Shown here in pieces: positions 12,937 to 24,726 of a DNA stretch of 64,000 nt. The number at the start of each line of letters is the position of its first letter. Positions within the stretch are counted from its first letter, which is position 1. The DNA comes from Amoebophrya sp. A120 (Eukaryota > Protista > Dinoflagellata): the NCBI GenBank assembly GCA_905178155.1, contig CAJINV010000001.1:10658311-10722310 (forward strand). The letters are read 5' to 3'. The position numbers and the translations under genes were made by a program. Under the pieces are notes generated by a model, which ran no database searches, was not told where the DNA came from, and saw nothing but the letters and a program-made list of their open reading frames with translations.

Positions 12937-14201
12937 CTTTTAAATCAGTGCTGATATCTTTTTCCAACAGAAGCTCTGAGACTCGGTGTCCGGTACTACC
13001 TTCTTCACAAGAATCTGACTTACTCGCCTTGTCGCTGAGAATGAGGACGCGCGAACGCTTGGAAGGAGCACGACAGTTCTGATTAGCGTGAATCACTTCC
13101 TCGCGTAGTTCTTGCGAGTCTTTCTCTTTACCTAACAGACGATAAAGATTCAAAAGTTCGTCAGCGCATCTAGCGACGCCGTGCTGGTGCAGTGGAAATT
13201 GGACTTTATAAGCTCGTTCTGTGTTTACACACATCATTGCGAGTCCTTGCTTTTGAGAGTGAAAACATTGACTCATCAGTAGTTCCAAGAAAAATTTCTA
13301 GAAAGCCATGTCGCTGCGCTGAGAATTGTTGCGTGGACGAACTCATAATATCCAAGTGCGATCGTTGTTGTTCTTGCTTGACACAATGTAGAACAGTCAG
13401 AGCCTTTTTTCACGCACTTGCGCGTCTCTTTTCCTGTGAGACTGTTTTGGTAACTTGAGAATGGCAGGGAGAAATCACGCCTGAATAGCGCGCAGGGAAT
13501 TTTCAGAGCTGCTGTAAGATCCTCAGGCCACCATAAGAGTGGCTAGCTTTGATGATTTCAAATTTGTCCACATCTTTCTGAGCATCCATTCGTTGCAGTT
13601 GTGCTGCGAGTTGAAAGCAAGTGAGCAAAGCATCCATTGCATTTCTTGTGGTGAAATTTAAGAACGGTAGTGGTAAAATTTTGAATCATTATGTTTTTCT
13701 TTTTCTGTGAGCTGCGATTTTCGCTGTCAGATTTCGATCTTAGAGGTTCAACGCACTACTTGGTGATGGTATTGATGCTCGCAGGCTTCTCTGATCGGTC
13801 GCGACAAGGAACTGACTCGAAGTCGCTTCTTGCGGCTCTGATATAGAAGTGAAGCGTCGGCGAAGGGCTTCGGCTACTTGCTCTACTGCTGTGTCACATT
13901 CTAAAACCGCATGGACTTCCTGTCGCTGGTGTGGCACTCCGTGCGGGGTGCGTTTTCCGCCGAGCCAAAAAGGATAAGAACGCGAGAGTGACCGCTGTTC
14001 CCCCGCAGCTGCGGCATTATTTCTGGAAAAGTGTAGCAGCCCATTGCTTCCACTTCGGTAGGTAGACCGCACGCCCTGTGATAACCAAAAAAATTCAGTT
14101 TCTCATTCTTTCCCAGCCAACCTACTTGAAAAACGTTGCTTGGAGGCGAAAAAAAATAGTGCCCGCAAAAAAAAGAGCTCCGACTTGAGAATCACAACCA
14201 A

Positions 14202-14868
14202 TCAGCAGATTATACTGTTCCGCTTCGCAATGAACCCTGACGGACGACTTCTATTCTCCCTCTCTCATCGCAGCGAATTATCATGCCGCACCCCAGAAAA
14301 AAGCCGAAAGACGCAGCCCCACCAAGCACCCCAACGGGAAGCAAAAGCACGTTGCGGTGCACCACACTGCGATTTTGATGAAGAAAAATGATTTTTTTCT
14401 TTCTGTTTCAGTCATCTGTGGTTCAGACCAACAAGTTGTGCCGTTTTGAACAGTGGACTACAACGCAAACTTCAAGTACCTGGCATAGGCTCCTGTGAGG
14501 AAGCCAAAACAGCCACCCACCGCCGCTCCCATGCGCGCGCCCATGCCGATCGCGTTTAAGCACCCCCGTGCGCGTGGCGGCAACGAGTTGTAAAAGTTGT
14601 TGAGCATGCTGGGCTGCGACCCGGCTGTTTGCGCTTGATTCTGGTAACTAGCCCTGTAGTAGTCATCACTAAGCCCATCCGATTCCCGCACACTGCTGGT
14701 AAACTTGGAAAAGTCAGCGGTGTCGTAATCCTTACTCCCGCTCGTCTTCGGGGGCGTGAAGCTCATCTGGTTGTACTTCCCGAGGTCCGAGCCCGCACTT
14801 GGTGGCGCGGAAAAGCCACCGCCGGAAGTGCCGGGCTTCGTCGGATCGTTGCCGTCTATCGCCATCAT
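14202..14868 (-). CDS. ROMO1: Romo1/Mgr2 family mitochondrial inner-membrane protein with N-terminal extension
   Basis: Exon 1 [24 protein letters not shown]. After a GT-AG intron (about 14368-14479), exon 2 reads [18 protein letters not shown], matching the Romo1 C-terminus. May extend into ORF 13740-14072. Confidence 0.8.
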
Positions 14869-15728
14869 CGGGAAAAATGGTTAGAGCTGTAGCAGTAGCA
14901 CGCCCACAGCCACGAGCTGCACTTCTATGCGATAGGATGAATAAACATGCTTTACAGAGACAAAATGCTGATTGTCCTTGTCCCAGTGGCTTTCGTATAG
15001 AGGTATCTGCTCACATGTAGCTGCTTGTTTGACTGTGGAAAAAATGTAAATGCCATAAAGGTGCTGCAAGAAAGTGCCTTCAAAGGGGATCCTGAAAAAG
15101 TTCAACCATCGTTGTAAAACGATCCTGCACGAATCATAAAGCGGGGAGCTTCAGTGACCAAAGAGAGCAAACACACTTGATAGATAATAGGCCGGAAAGA
15201 CATCAAATTCACATGAACGCCGCAAAGACAGGAACTCGCGCTTGTTTTGATCGTACTGACTCATCTGCAGTACCTATGCAGCCGAAGTACTTGAATCTAT
15301 TACAATGAAGTTGAACAGTATTGTGTGAACAGCTCCAACGGTAGGAAAGTCGATGAGGAACCAATGCGAACACGAAGCAGCCATTGGGATTGCACTACAC
15401 TATGTGCACTACGACGTGAAAATACACCAACGCACATTTGATGACTCTCAAGTGTTATAGCTCTGTCAAAACCATCAGATCTGATTTCCCCACCATACTA
15501 CACGCGGGACGCTGACGCTAATCACAACAAGTACGAGCGTAAGTCCACGATCGTTCTGCTGACGCCGTCTCAAGTTACACCATTGGCACACGCGTCCTGC
15601 CTATGAAAAACTACCATGATTCCGCTGAAGCTCGTCAAGCTGATTAGAAAGTGCAAGTTTGTCGGCTATCACGATTCAATGACGGCAAATTTTTGAGATA
15701 CACATTTCCCATCGGGACCACGTCACAA

Positions 15729-17784
15729 CTAGCAAGCATTGCTGGGAGAGCCGGCGAAATGCTTACTCTTCAACTTCAACTTCCGAGCCCGGTCCCACGT
15801 TTTGCGCAAGTTCCAGCCAAGTGCACGGTGCCAATCGTGCCGCAACGAAACCCCTTCCCATGGCCAAAGCAGCAGAACCTGCGCCAACTGAGTCCTCATG
15901 AAGTGCGCCGCCTGGTCTCCCGGAGCACAAAAATCAGCGACGTAGCTGCGCAATAATTCGTTCTGCCTGTGCATGTGCTCGTCGTTGTTCCTGTAATGCA
16001 CACGACAAGGCGCCTGCCGCTGCTGCGCGCTACGCATGCACACAGACTCGAGATCGGGTAGAACGCATTGGGTCAGGAAGGCGCAGTAAAGTGCGGGCAG
16101 ATCTACTGCAGCGTCTTCCCGTCTACCGGCCTCGCCAAACAAAAACCATTCCCGTGAGTGGATGTGCGGACACTTGATGCTGTGATAGAGATTTCACAGA
16201 TGCACACCATTTCACAAAACAACTCCACCTCGCATCTCAACAGCGAATCCGAGATCGCTTCTCGATCAGCTTGGTTGCGGTCCTTTTCTTCAAATCCGCA
16301 TTCTTTTATGATTATGCGCATCATGCCTAAAAAAATAAAAAGCAGCTGTACAAAAAAGCAATATAATACCGCGTGAAGAAGTCCTGCGAACACTGTTCTG
16401 ACTGGCACATATTCCGCTTCCACTCGCAGCACTCGGCTACCTCTTGGTTGTTGTGTGCAAACAAACAGCCCTGGTCCCGGCCAGGACACCATTGCGGGCC
16501 GTCCGCCGCGAACAGATGCGGACACAATTGCATCGACCCTGTAGGACAGCGGTGGCACGCTGTGAAAGCAGCATCAAAGACGTCCGGTGGAACGTCCTCT
16601 GAGCCCAGGCTATTTTTACGTTCTTCTGCGGCAAAATTTTCTTGTCGCCCTCCCTGCTGAATACGGTCATTTTGAACATCCTCTGGTTCCTCTTGCAGTT
16701 TTTTTTGGTCCCTTTCCTCTGTCAAGAGTTTCTCGAGATTATCAATAGTTGCTGTCAGGACGCTCAAGTCAAAACAACCGGAGTCGGTCCGCCCACGTCT
16801 CTGCTCTTCATCTTGCTGAGACGTACCACTTAGAATTGCTGCTGCTGAACTTTGAGATGGCGCACTATCCGTTGCGGTTTGGCAGCATCGGGACGACAGT
16901 TGCTGGAGCAACAGACGCTCAAAGACGCGATGACACAAGTCCACGCATTTCATCAGATCCCGCTGCAAGGCCTCATTCAAGTGTCGCACGCACCCCTCCG
17001 CAAGCCCGCGCCGCGCCTCTGCCTCGGCGCTCACCGACGCTCGAAATTCGTCAACTACCTCACCAGAAAATAAAACCGCCTCTGCCGCTTCCTTGTCACA
17101 AGTTGCGCGGAGAAATCGCAACTGGTACGAGTCTACTTGCCACTGAGCTAGGGAACAAGCCGCTCCCCCTGCTGCGAATCTCGCCGTGCTCGCAGCAGCA
17201 TCTTCTTCTTCGAAACCCGGAGGGGGTTGCATCACAAGCCACGGAGAATTAAGTGTGCAACTGCTTTTTGTACACAAATCTGCTGGCTCAGTAACCGACT
17301 GGTCCGTACTGGGGCCTGACGCGCCAGACGCAGCACCGTAAGAGCGGATCTGCTGCAGCAGGAGCGATTCGTCTAGATTGTCGTCTCCATAGGTCTTGAT
17401 GTACCGAACCTCCTGCTCGGCCGCGCGGCTATACGCCAGCTGACCTTCTTCTGAATTCTTCCGCAAATGAGATTCCCCACTGCTTGCGTCTACAATAATA
17501 TCCTGACTCTTGGCGCCATCTTGGTCGAGCACGACGCCATCCTTTTTGTTGCGCTTCAATATTGACTTCTTTTTCATCCTGGTTTCGCTTCCCGCTGATG
17601 TACTCGGTGCATGGTCCCGTGTGGGAGCATATGAGGTGGAAGTAGTCGCTTCGTAGTTTTCATTCCAACGAACTCCAGCTTGATGGTAGTTTACGACGCG
17701 CACTCCGTCCGCAGCCCCAAAAAACAAAGCTCCGGTTACGAATGCGGCCGCGCTTTTGCTGTTATGCCAAAAAGCGATGATCAT
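15729..17784 (-). CDS. Hypothetical protein with putative signal peptide, basic NLS-like stretch and CCCH-type Cys/His cluster
   Basis: 485-aa ORF plus probable exon 15729-16142. N-terminus SAAAFVTGALFFGAADG, basic RMKKKSILKRNKK, and CPHLFAADGPQWCPGRDQGCLFAH. Confidence 0.55.
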
Positions 17785-18119
17785 GTTAACGCTTGATTTC
17801 TTGTTTGCAAAGCGAAAGCACTAGAGACATTCGAGATATACACGTAACGAAAACTCATTCGAAAGATAAAAGATTTTGCGACCGACGTAGAAAGACGTAG
17901 ATGTCGTCTTTTTTCTTTTGCTATTAACCTGCAAGAATCACGAAATTTCTGAAATCGGAAAGGAAGGACTTCATGAATCTGCTTGTGCATTGGTCAAACT
18001 TGATGAAGTTCAAGCCCATACATTTTGATGAGTAAGTACTGTACACGTCGCACAAGGTAGATCTTTTGACATCGAAAAAAGCACTTGGTGGCTTGCCCGT
18101 GGCTGCCTGAACAGAAGAA

Positions 18120-18155
18120 TTTCACGAGTGATCCGGTAGTTTTCACGGTGATCGA
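18120..18155. repeat. 36-bp direct repeat, left copy
   Basis: TTTCACGAGTGATCCGGTAGTTTTCACGGTGATCGA, 35/36 identical to 19089-19124. Confidence 0.95.
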
Positions 18156-19085
18156 TTTCTGCAGCGCGTCTCAAAAAACCAGAGCGAAATACTGCGCGCG
18201 CCATTTACGAAGCGAAATCGTCTTCATTCAAAAGCCCGCGCTCAATGCCAACTGGAAGAGACTTGGCTACTGGGGGAGCATCTACCCTTGTCGCGTTTCT
18301 CTCCTCAAACGCGTAAAATCTCAGGTAGCTGTGATCAGACCAGGAAAACTTAGCGTCGTCCACAAACTTTTCTACGAGCAGCTTGCGACTGTCTTCCAGG
18401 CCAGGAGGCGGCTTTTTCGAAACCGTATGTAGGGAGAGCCTCCGCACCGAAATCAGATATCGCAGCTTCGGACACTCTTTCACCACTTTGGTGTGCAGCA
18501 TGTCAAGGAGCTCGGGCGAAAAACACGCGCTACAGGTATAAATCAACGTCGCGTCAGAGAGGTTCGTCTGCAGAAAGTCTGCATGCCGAAATTCGAAGCT
18601 TTTTGTCCCATCCAGGAGTCGGCTCAAGGTCGCCCCTGACAAAGTTGTGTCGTTTCGCAAATGCGCCAACAGAGTCTCACCCCCTTCCAGCGCTCGCTCG
18701 TGGCGTGTCTTACTGTACTCGATGCCAACCGCTTTTTTGACATTGTAATTCAAATACGTCCGCATCACTGCGCGCCCAACGCCGGACCCTAAGTCGTAGA
18801 AAACGTCGCTGCCGTCGAGTTTGCCGACGTTTGCAAACAAGGTGTGAAGCCCCTCCGCAGTAATCTCGCCATACGTTGGACTACTGCCGCTCGTAGAAGT
18901 CTGCTTCAGCGCGTCTCGTTCCTTCATGGGTATTGTGCCCGCCCGCTTGGAGTAGGAAAGCGAAATGTAGTGCTCTACGAGATCCGAAAATCTAGTAGAG
19001 CTATCATTAGGTGCTGGATTCGTGTCGTTCTGTTGTTCGCTGCTCTGCTCCAAAGCCAAACCGTCTGCAGAGTGGCTACCGCTGT
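18155..19085 (-). pseudogene. 5'-truncated duplicate (931 bp) of the DOT1-like methyltransferase at 23540-24470
   Basis: Same sequence at offset 5385 with no difference seen by eye and identical translations from SGSHSADG to the stop. Lacks the ATG and signal-peptide region, and the extended ORF starts at GTG. Confidence 0.8.
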
Positions 19086-19088
19086 AGT

Positions 19089-19124
19089 TTTCACGAGTGA
19101 TCCGGTAGTTTTCACCGTGATCGA
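19089..19124. repeat. 36-bp direct repeat, right copy
   Basis: TTTCACGAGTGATCCGGTAGTTTTCACCGTGATCGA. Confidence 0.95.
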
Positions 19125-19497
19125 GTACGCTGCGAGAGGGATCGACGCAAGCCAGGCACTTAACCGACTGCTTCCGCACTTGATCGGATCCTACGGCACA
19201 CGGCGTATCGGGTACAGGCCCGTGCGTGTACGTTCAAAAAAAAAAACGAGACTTATTTTCATCAGCTCGATGCAAAGCAGTCAAAAAAAAACTCAGAGCC
19301 TCGCGGTTATGAAAACAGCTGACGTCTCTAGGTCCAATTGGCACACGACCCCGCGACAGCAGTCTTTTCTTATTTGCCGCGATTCGTTTTTCTTTTGGCC
19401 CTTCCATGGCGGTGTTGAGAAGGGGGCACGGCCCCTTTCAAGAGATGCCGGGTCTGGGTGGTCAACATGTACGTTGTGTCCTCCGGTCCGATCATCA

Positions 19498-21069
19498 CTA
19501 CGGTGTTTGCAACACGCCCACGAGATCGAAAAGCAACAGCCACTTTTCAAAGACCAAGTCGGGCTGCTTTTGCAACGTGACGCAATCTAAAACGAGGACC
19601 GTGTTTTCTTCTACTTTTTTTCGCTTCTTGGAAGGTGCTACTTTTCCTCCTGTGGTTGACACGAACAAAAACTGCTTCTCCTCTAGGTCGACGTGCACCT
19701 CCAGCCCGGCGAGCAAATACACGTCCTTTTCGAAATCGTCGACATTGTGGTACACGTCGAAAGTCGATCCGGTTAACCCCACCAGATGCAGCTCACTGTT
19801 GATGCACAGCATTCCGGTGGAGATGTTGGTGTTGGAAATCATGGTCAGCCAGTACAAATACCGGCGGTCGCAGTAGTTCTGAAAGGCTCGCGACTCCTGC
19901 TGAATCTGTTGGCTCTGCTGGTGCAGCCGGTCCATCTTGCGGAGCTGCAACCGGTCAAACTCGAACAGACTCCGACTCGTCGGCGAGAGTGCCGCGTCGA
20001 AGGAAGTGGCGTCAGCGCCGCTGCCAAAGACCTGGAGAATAACAGGCGGGTCTTGTTTCTCGTTCGTGAATGGTGCTCGATCACGCTATGCAATTTCAGA
20101 ATTTCCTACCCTCAGCCTCACTTACTCCATGTTACAGAAAATGTGACCTTCAAGTACCCTTCCTTGCAGTGGCCCCTCCTCCTGCAACTTTCGGTGCCTT
20201 GCCTGAAGCTGTGCGAATTCCAGTTGCAAATCACCGTACTTCTTCTCGAGCAAATTGTACTTGCCCCGGAGCGTGAGTGCCGGCAGACTGTTCTCGATGG
20301 TACCATCTTCCCGGCCATGCCGGTTTTCTTGCTCCCCGTGCTCCGGGCTGAAAATCTGCCTTTGGGCTTCATCCAACTTTCGCTCCAACTCATTCCCGTA
20401 CTGTCGGGCGGTGCGCAGCTGGTCGAACGCTTCCCGGGCCTGCTGCTTCTCGCGCTCGAGGTTCTCGACTTGCCGAGTTAAGGCAAGAACTCGGCTCCGA
20501 AGCTGTGGTCGTCTTGTTTTGCAATCCCATATTCAAGCTGTGCATACCATAGCGTGATCGAAAAAATGCTGATGGTGATATAGATCGGCAATGGATTCTG
20601 TTTATTCAGTTTTGATATGAACTACCTGCCCTCCACTTTCCTCTTCTTGGATGAGCCTTTGGTTTTCTTCGTTGACGAGTTCGATTTGCGGCCCGAGCTC
20701 GTAATACGCGCGCTCAATTACGCGTAGCCGGTACAGTTCCTTTTCGGATATTTTCACGGTTCCGCTTTGTCCAGTGGGAGTGGGAGCTGTTCTTGCATGG
20801 TCGCTGTGGGCATGATGTTGATGACTACCACCTGTCGCGCTGGTCATCTGGGCAGCCTCGTGATCTCTCTGGACTTTTGAACCTGAGGCAGTCGCTGAAG
20901 ACGCAGCTGATCTGCCAGTTGAGATAGAATTCGCCGTCTTGATCTTTCCCGTCGCCCCCGCTTTCCGCATTTGCTCTTGAGGCGGCTGAGAGACGTCCTG
21001 CGGCTGTGGCTCTGCACCATAGGCGCCGAAGAGCTTTCCAAACGCTCCGTCGAGAAAACTGTCACCCAT
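19498..21069 (-). CDS. Coiled-coil protein with possible C-terminal PH-like domain (multi-exon)
   Basis: ORFs 20602-21069, 20122-20388 and 19498-19950 with heptad-rich segments. Beta-rich C-terminus ending in a helix with a Trp (VFEKWLLLF). Confidence 0.55.
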
Positions 21070-21496
21070 CTTGTGTCTGTTGTCTCATGCAACGAAAGGG
21101 AGGGAAAAAGCCCCTGTTGCTTCAAGCCGATGCCTTGCTCCCGAGCCATTTTGTATACCTTGCAGCCAGATGTGTCACCGTCTTCGCCTACCTTCTTCGT
21201 CTATGCCTAACTCAACTCATACTCCTTCATCCTTTCGCATATTTCCGCTGCATGCTGGTGCAGCCACTGTTGGGTGTTTGGGAAGCGCAGGACATTCTCT
21301 GGATCGACGAGTCCCATGACCCCGGCACGGGAAAGGTGAACAACACGGCTCCAGAATTCGAGCAACAAGATCCGCGGGCCTCACGGCGCCATGGCTGTGC
21401 GCTTCTCTGAAGATCTGCTTGGCGCTTCGCAAATCCAAGGAAGCCAAAACCACTTGCTTCGCTTCCCAAAAGAATGAAACTAAGGCATGTATAAAG

Positions 21497-23375
21497 TGGT
21501 GGCAGCCGCCGCCGCCGGGGCGCCAGGCGCACGGAAGATCGTGGCGCGCCCGACCCGGCGCCAAGGGAGCGGGCGCTTTTGGCGCTGTGGCACGCCACGC
21601 CACGCCGCGCGGCGTAGGCGTCCGCGGAGAGGGCCCGGGCTGGCGCAGCTTCTTTTCCCCCGCGCCTACTTATTACCCGCGGAGCAGGCGCGGGACATGA
21701 AGCAAAGGGGCAAGCGCGGGGGGGGGCCCATCGCCAAGCAGCGGCAAAGCTGGCGCAGCCGGCCCGTTGTGCGTCGTGGCGTCCCTCGCCGCCTACTCGT
21801 CCCGGGCGAATTTCCCCCCCCGTGCCGCCGACTGAGATCATTCCCACCCGCTGGCCCAACTGGTTCTTGCGCCAGTGGCTCATCGTCTGCCTTTCGCTTG
21901 TGCACCACCGCCGGAGCGATGTTCTTCGACAACTTAGCCGCTTTCGTATTTTTCTTGACAACACCGTCGGCCGAGGAATGCTTTCGGCTGTCGGCCTGGA
22001 ATGTCAACGGTTTGTTTTTGATAGTCCCGCTCCTTCAAAAACTCCAGGAGGTCGCGCGCGGTGCCGTTGTAGATACTCCTTCGCTCGCCTTTCACGGCCG
22101 GCCTCCGCGCCACCTCGGAAAGCACGGCGACCGCGGCAATCGTCTGGCCCCTGTTGTGGCGGATCAGGAAGGGGATGCCGGGCCCACAACCTTGCGGCGG
22201 GCGCGCTCTCCCGGATCTCGTCCGGGGCGGGGATGGTTCTGCCGTCGCAAACGCGCAGCGTGAGCTGGCAGGCCGCCAGCACGCGGCCGCAATTCTGCCA
22301 CGTGCGCAGCCCCGCGCGCGCCCCTCTTTTCCTGCCTGCCTGCGCCCGTCTGCCGGTAGCCTTCCCCCACTGCCAACCCACCGCACGGCCGCGGCCCTGG
22401 TATACTTTCGGCCCGCCCCGCTTCGCCGTAGCACGATGGCCCGCGCGCGGGCCGAAGCGGCGCACATGCGCGAGGTGCTTGAGATCGCCGCAATTTCGTT
22501 AGATCCAGGATATTCTACTTGCAGAGCGGGAGGCGCACTTCGCCCGCCCGCAGGGCGGCTCGAGCCGGGCGCGCCACGACCCCCCCCCAACACATGGCAG
22601 AACGCTGCGAACGCGCGCGCGCTCTCGCCAATGCCTTGCGCGTCTTTGGTCGAGCCTGCGCGCGACCTCGATGATTTCGCTAAGCGTGGCGCTTTCGAGG
22701 CCGGCGAACCTGGCATCTCCGGCTTTCGCCCTGCTCTGAATGTGCTTGGCCGCCTCACGTTGGAGAGCGCGCCACTCTCCTTGCTCAGTGGTCTTCTGTA
22801 CGTCTTCCCAGTTCAGGCCGGCCAATTTGTAGAAACATTTGAAGCGGCAGCCGCGCCCCTCGTCAGGCGGGGGCCGCGCCGTGAGCACGGCGGCGCCCGA
22901 CGGACCCAAGCAGGGCGCTCAGCTGCGCCCACTCTTCGTTTGCCAAGGCGCCCCCGGGGTGGCCCGCGCCTTGGTGCGCGTTTGGCCGGGTAGCGTAGGG
23001 GGGGCTTGCCGCCCTGGAAGATCGAACCCGGCGACTTGCCCGCCTGCGCCGTAGTCGATTTGTCGCTAAAGGGACTGCTCCGAAACGTGCTGCACATCCT
23101 CCAGCAGACTCGTTCCCTTTAAGCCAAGACCTGCGGCGCCAAGCCGAACGCTAAGGGAGCGACCCGCGACCAAGGCGTCTCCGAAAGAAGACAACCCGCC
23201 GGGCCGTAGGGCTCCCCCACGCGCTGGCATTACCTTCGGCAACGTAACTCGCTCACCAACACACGCGCAGCCTCCCAGTCGCGGCGTCTGCCTGTGCCAG
23301 GGCCCCACGGCGCGAATTGCTAAAGGTTTCCAAATCAGGACGGACATCGAGTATGCCCATCAACCCGCGCACAGG
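21497..23375. other. GC-rich island, possible decayed mobile element or foreign DNA
   Basis: Abrupt rise in GC (line 21541-21600 is 47/60 GC), G/C homopolymer runs and fragmentary overlapping ORFs. No TIR, LTR or TSD found. Confidence 0.45.
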
Positions 23376-23589
23376 AGATGCTCTTCTACGTAGAACACAC
23401 ACATGTGATGAAAAAGACCATGCGTCAGAGACGACTTGACACGGCAAGAAGAATGAGCGCCACTGCCCGCATTCTAGAAGACAATCTTGAAGAAATAGTG
23501 AGTGGCTCTGGTCGTTTTTCATTCTTCGAAACGGGTTCAATTTCTGCAGCGCGTCTCAAAAAACCAGAGCGAAATACTGCGCGCGCCAT

Positions 23590-24726
23590 TTACGAAGCGA
23601 AATCGTCTTCATTCAAAAGCCCGCGCTCAATGCCAACTGGAAGAGACTTGGCTACTGGGGGAGCATCTACCCTTGTCGCGTTTCTCTCCTCAAACGCGTA
23701 AAATCTCAGGTAGCTGTGATCAGACCAGGAAAACTTAGCGTCGTCCACAAACTTTTCTACGAGCAGCTTGCGACTGTCTTCCAGGCCAGGAGGCGGCTTT
23801 TTCGAAACCGTATGTAGGGAGAGCCTCCGCACCGAAATCAGATATCGCAGCTTCGGACACTCTTTCACCACTTTGGTGTGCAGCATGTCAAGGAGCTCGG
23901 GCGAAAAACACGCGCTACAGGTATAAATCAACGTCGCGTCAGAGAGGTTCGTCTGCAGAAAGTCTGCATGCCGAAATTCGAAGCTTTTTGTCCCATCCAG
24001 GAGTCGGCTCAAGGTCGCCCCTGACAAAGTTGTGTCGTTTCGCAAATGCGCCAACAGAGTCTCACCCCCTTCCAGCGCTCGCTCGTGGCGTGTCTTACTG
24101 TACTCGATGCCAACCGCTTTTTTGACATTGTAATTCAAATACGTCCGCATCACTGCGCGCCCAACGCCGGACCCTAAGTCGTAGAAAACGTCGCTGCCGT
24201 CGAGTTTGCCGACGTTTGCAAACAAGGTGTGAAGCCCCTCCGCAGTAATCTCGCCATACGTTGGACTACTGCCGCTCGTAGAAGTCTGCTTCAGCGCGTC
24301 TCGTTCCTTCATGGGTATTGTGCCCGCCCGCTTGGAGTAGGAAAGCGAAATGTAGTGCTCTACGAGATCCGAAAATCTAGTAGAGCTATCATTAGGTGCT
24401 GGATTCGTGTCGTTCTGTTGTTCGCTGCTCTGCTCCAAAGCCAAACCGTCTGCAGAGTGGCTACCGCTGTCACAAGTTGCATGGGTCAGACCACTTGCAT
24501 CCCGATAATCATACACGTGAGGTCGTAGAACAGGTTCCGGGCGCACTTTGCAAAAAGCGCCACCGCTGCGAACGTCGCTCTCGCTGTTAGTGGAATCTTC
24601 TGGATCGTGAGCGTGCCTTCGATGTACTGGTGTTGTACCAGCTTCGGAGCTCAATGTGCACAGACATGCCGCAAGTACTCCAAATAGAACGACACGCCCC
24701 ACCTTTCGAGCTGAAACCAGCGCCAT
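23590..24726 (-). CDS. DOT1-like class I SAM-dependent methyltransferase with N-terminal signal peptide/anchor
   Basis: TYGEI, DVFYDLGSGVG, AVGIEYS, HADFL and ATLIY motifs. N-terminus MALVSARKVGRVVLFGVLAACLCTLSSEA. Single exon. Confidence 0.85.
   Translation of the reverse strand: MALVSARKVGRVVLFGVLAACLCTLSSEAGTTPVHRRHAHDPEDSTNSESDVRSGGAFCKVRPEPVLRPHVYDYRDASGLTHATCDSGSHSADGLALEQSSEQQNDTNPAPNDSSTRFSDLVEHYISLSYSKRAGTIPMKERDALKQTSTSGSSPTYGEITAEGLHTLFANVGKLDGSDVFYDLGSGVGRAVMRTYLNYNVKKAVGIEYSKTRHERALEGGETLLAHLRNDTTLSGATLSRLLDGTKSFEFRHADFLQTNLSDATLIYTCSACFSPELLDMLHTKVVKECPKLRYLISVRRLSLHTVSKKPPPGLEDSRKLLVEKFVDDAKFSWSDHSYLRFYAFEERNATRVDAPPVAKSLPVGIERGLLNEDDFAS

Noticed and set aside
12899-13288. 129-aa minus-strand ORF upstream of the SR/KH gene
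   Set aside because: No motifs, and it is out of frame with the likely first exon starting at 12936, so it cannot be supported as coding.
18120-19124. 36-bp repeats as a CRISPR-like array
   Set aside because: Only two copies, 969 bp apart, in a eukaryotic context with no cas genes.
21141-21153. CCGAGCCATTTTG, similar to the dinoflagellate spliced leader
   Set aside because: Partial gapped match, antisense to the neighbouring gene, and lacking the GCTCAAG 3' end.
21980-22052. Plus-strand peptide FRLSAWNVNGL..LQE resembling the first motif of a LINE APE endonuclease
   Set aside because: The spacing to LQE is too short, and no GDFN, SDH or reverse transcriptase motifs follow. The opposite strand looks more protein-like.
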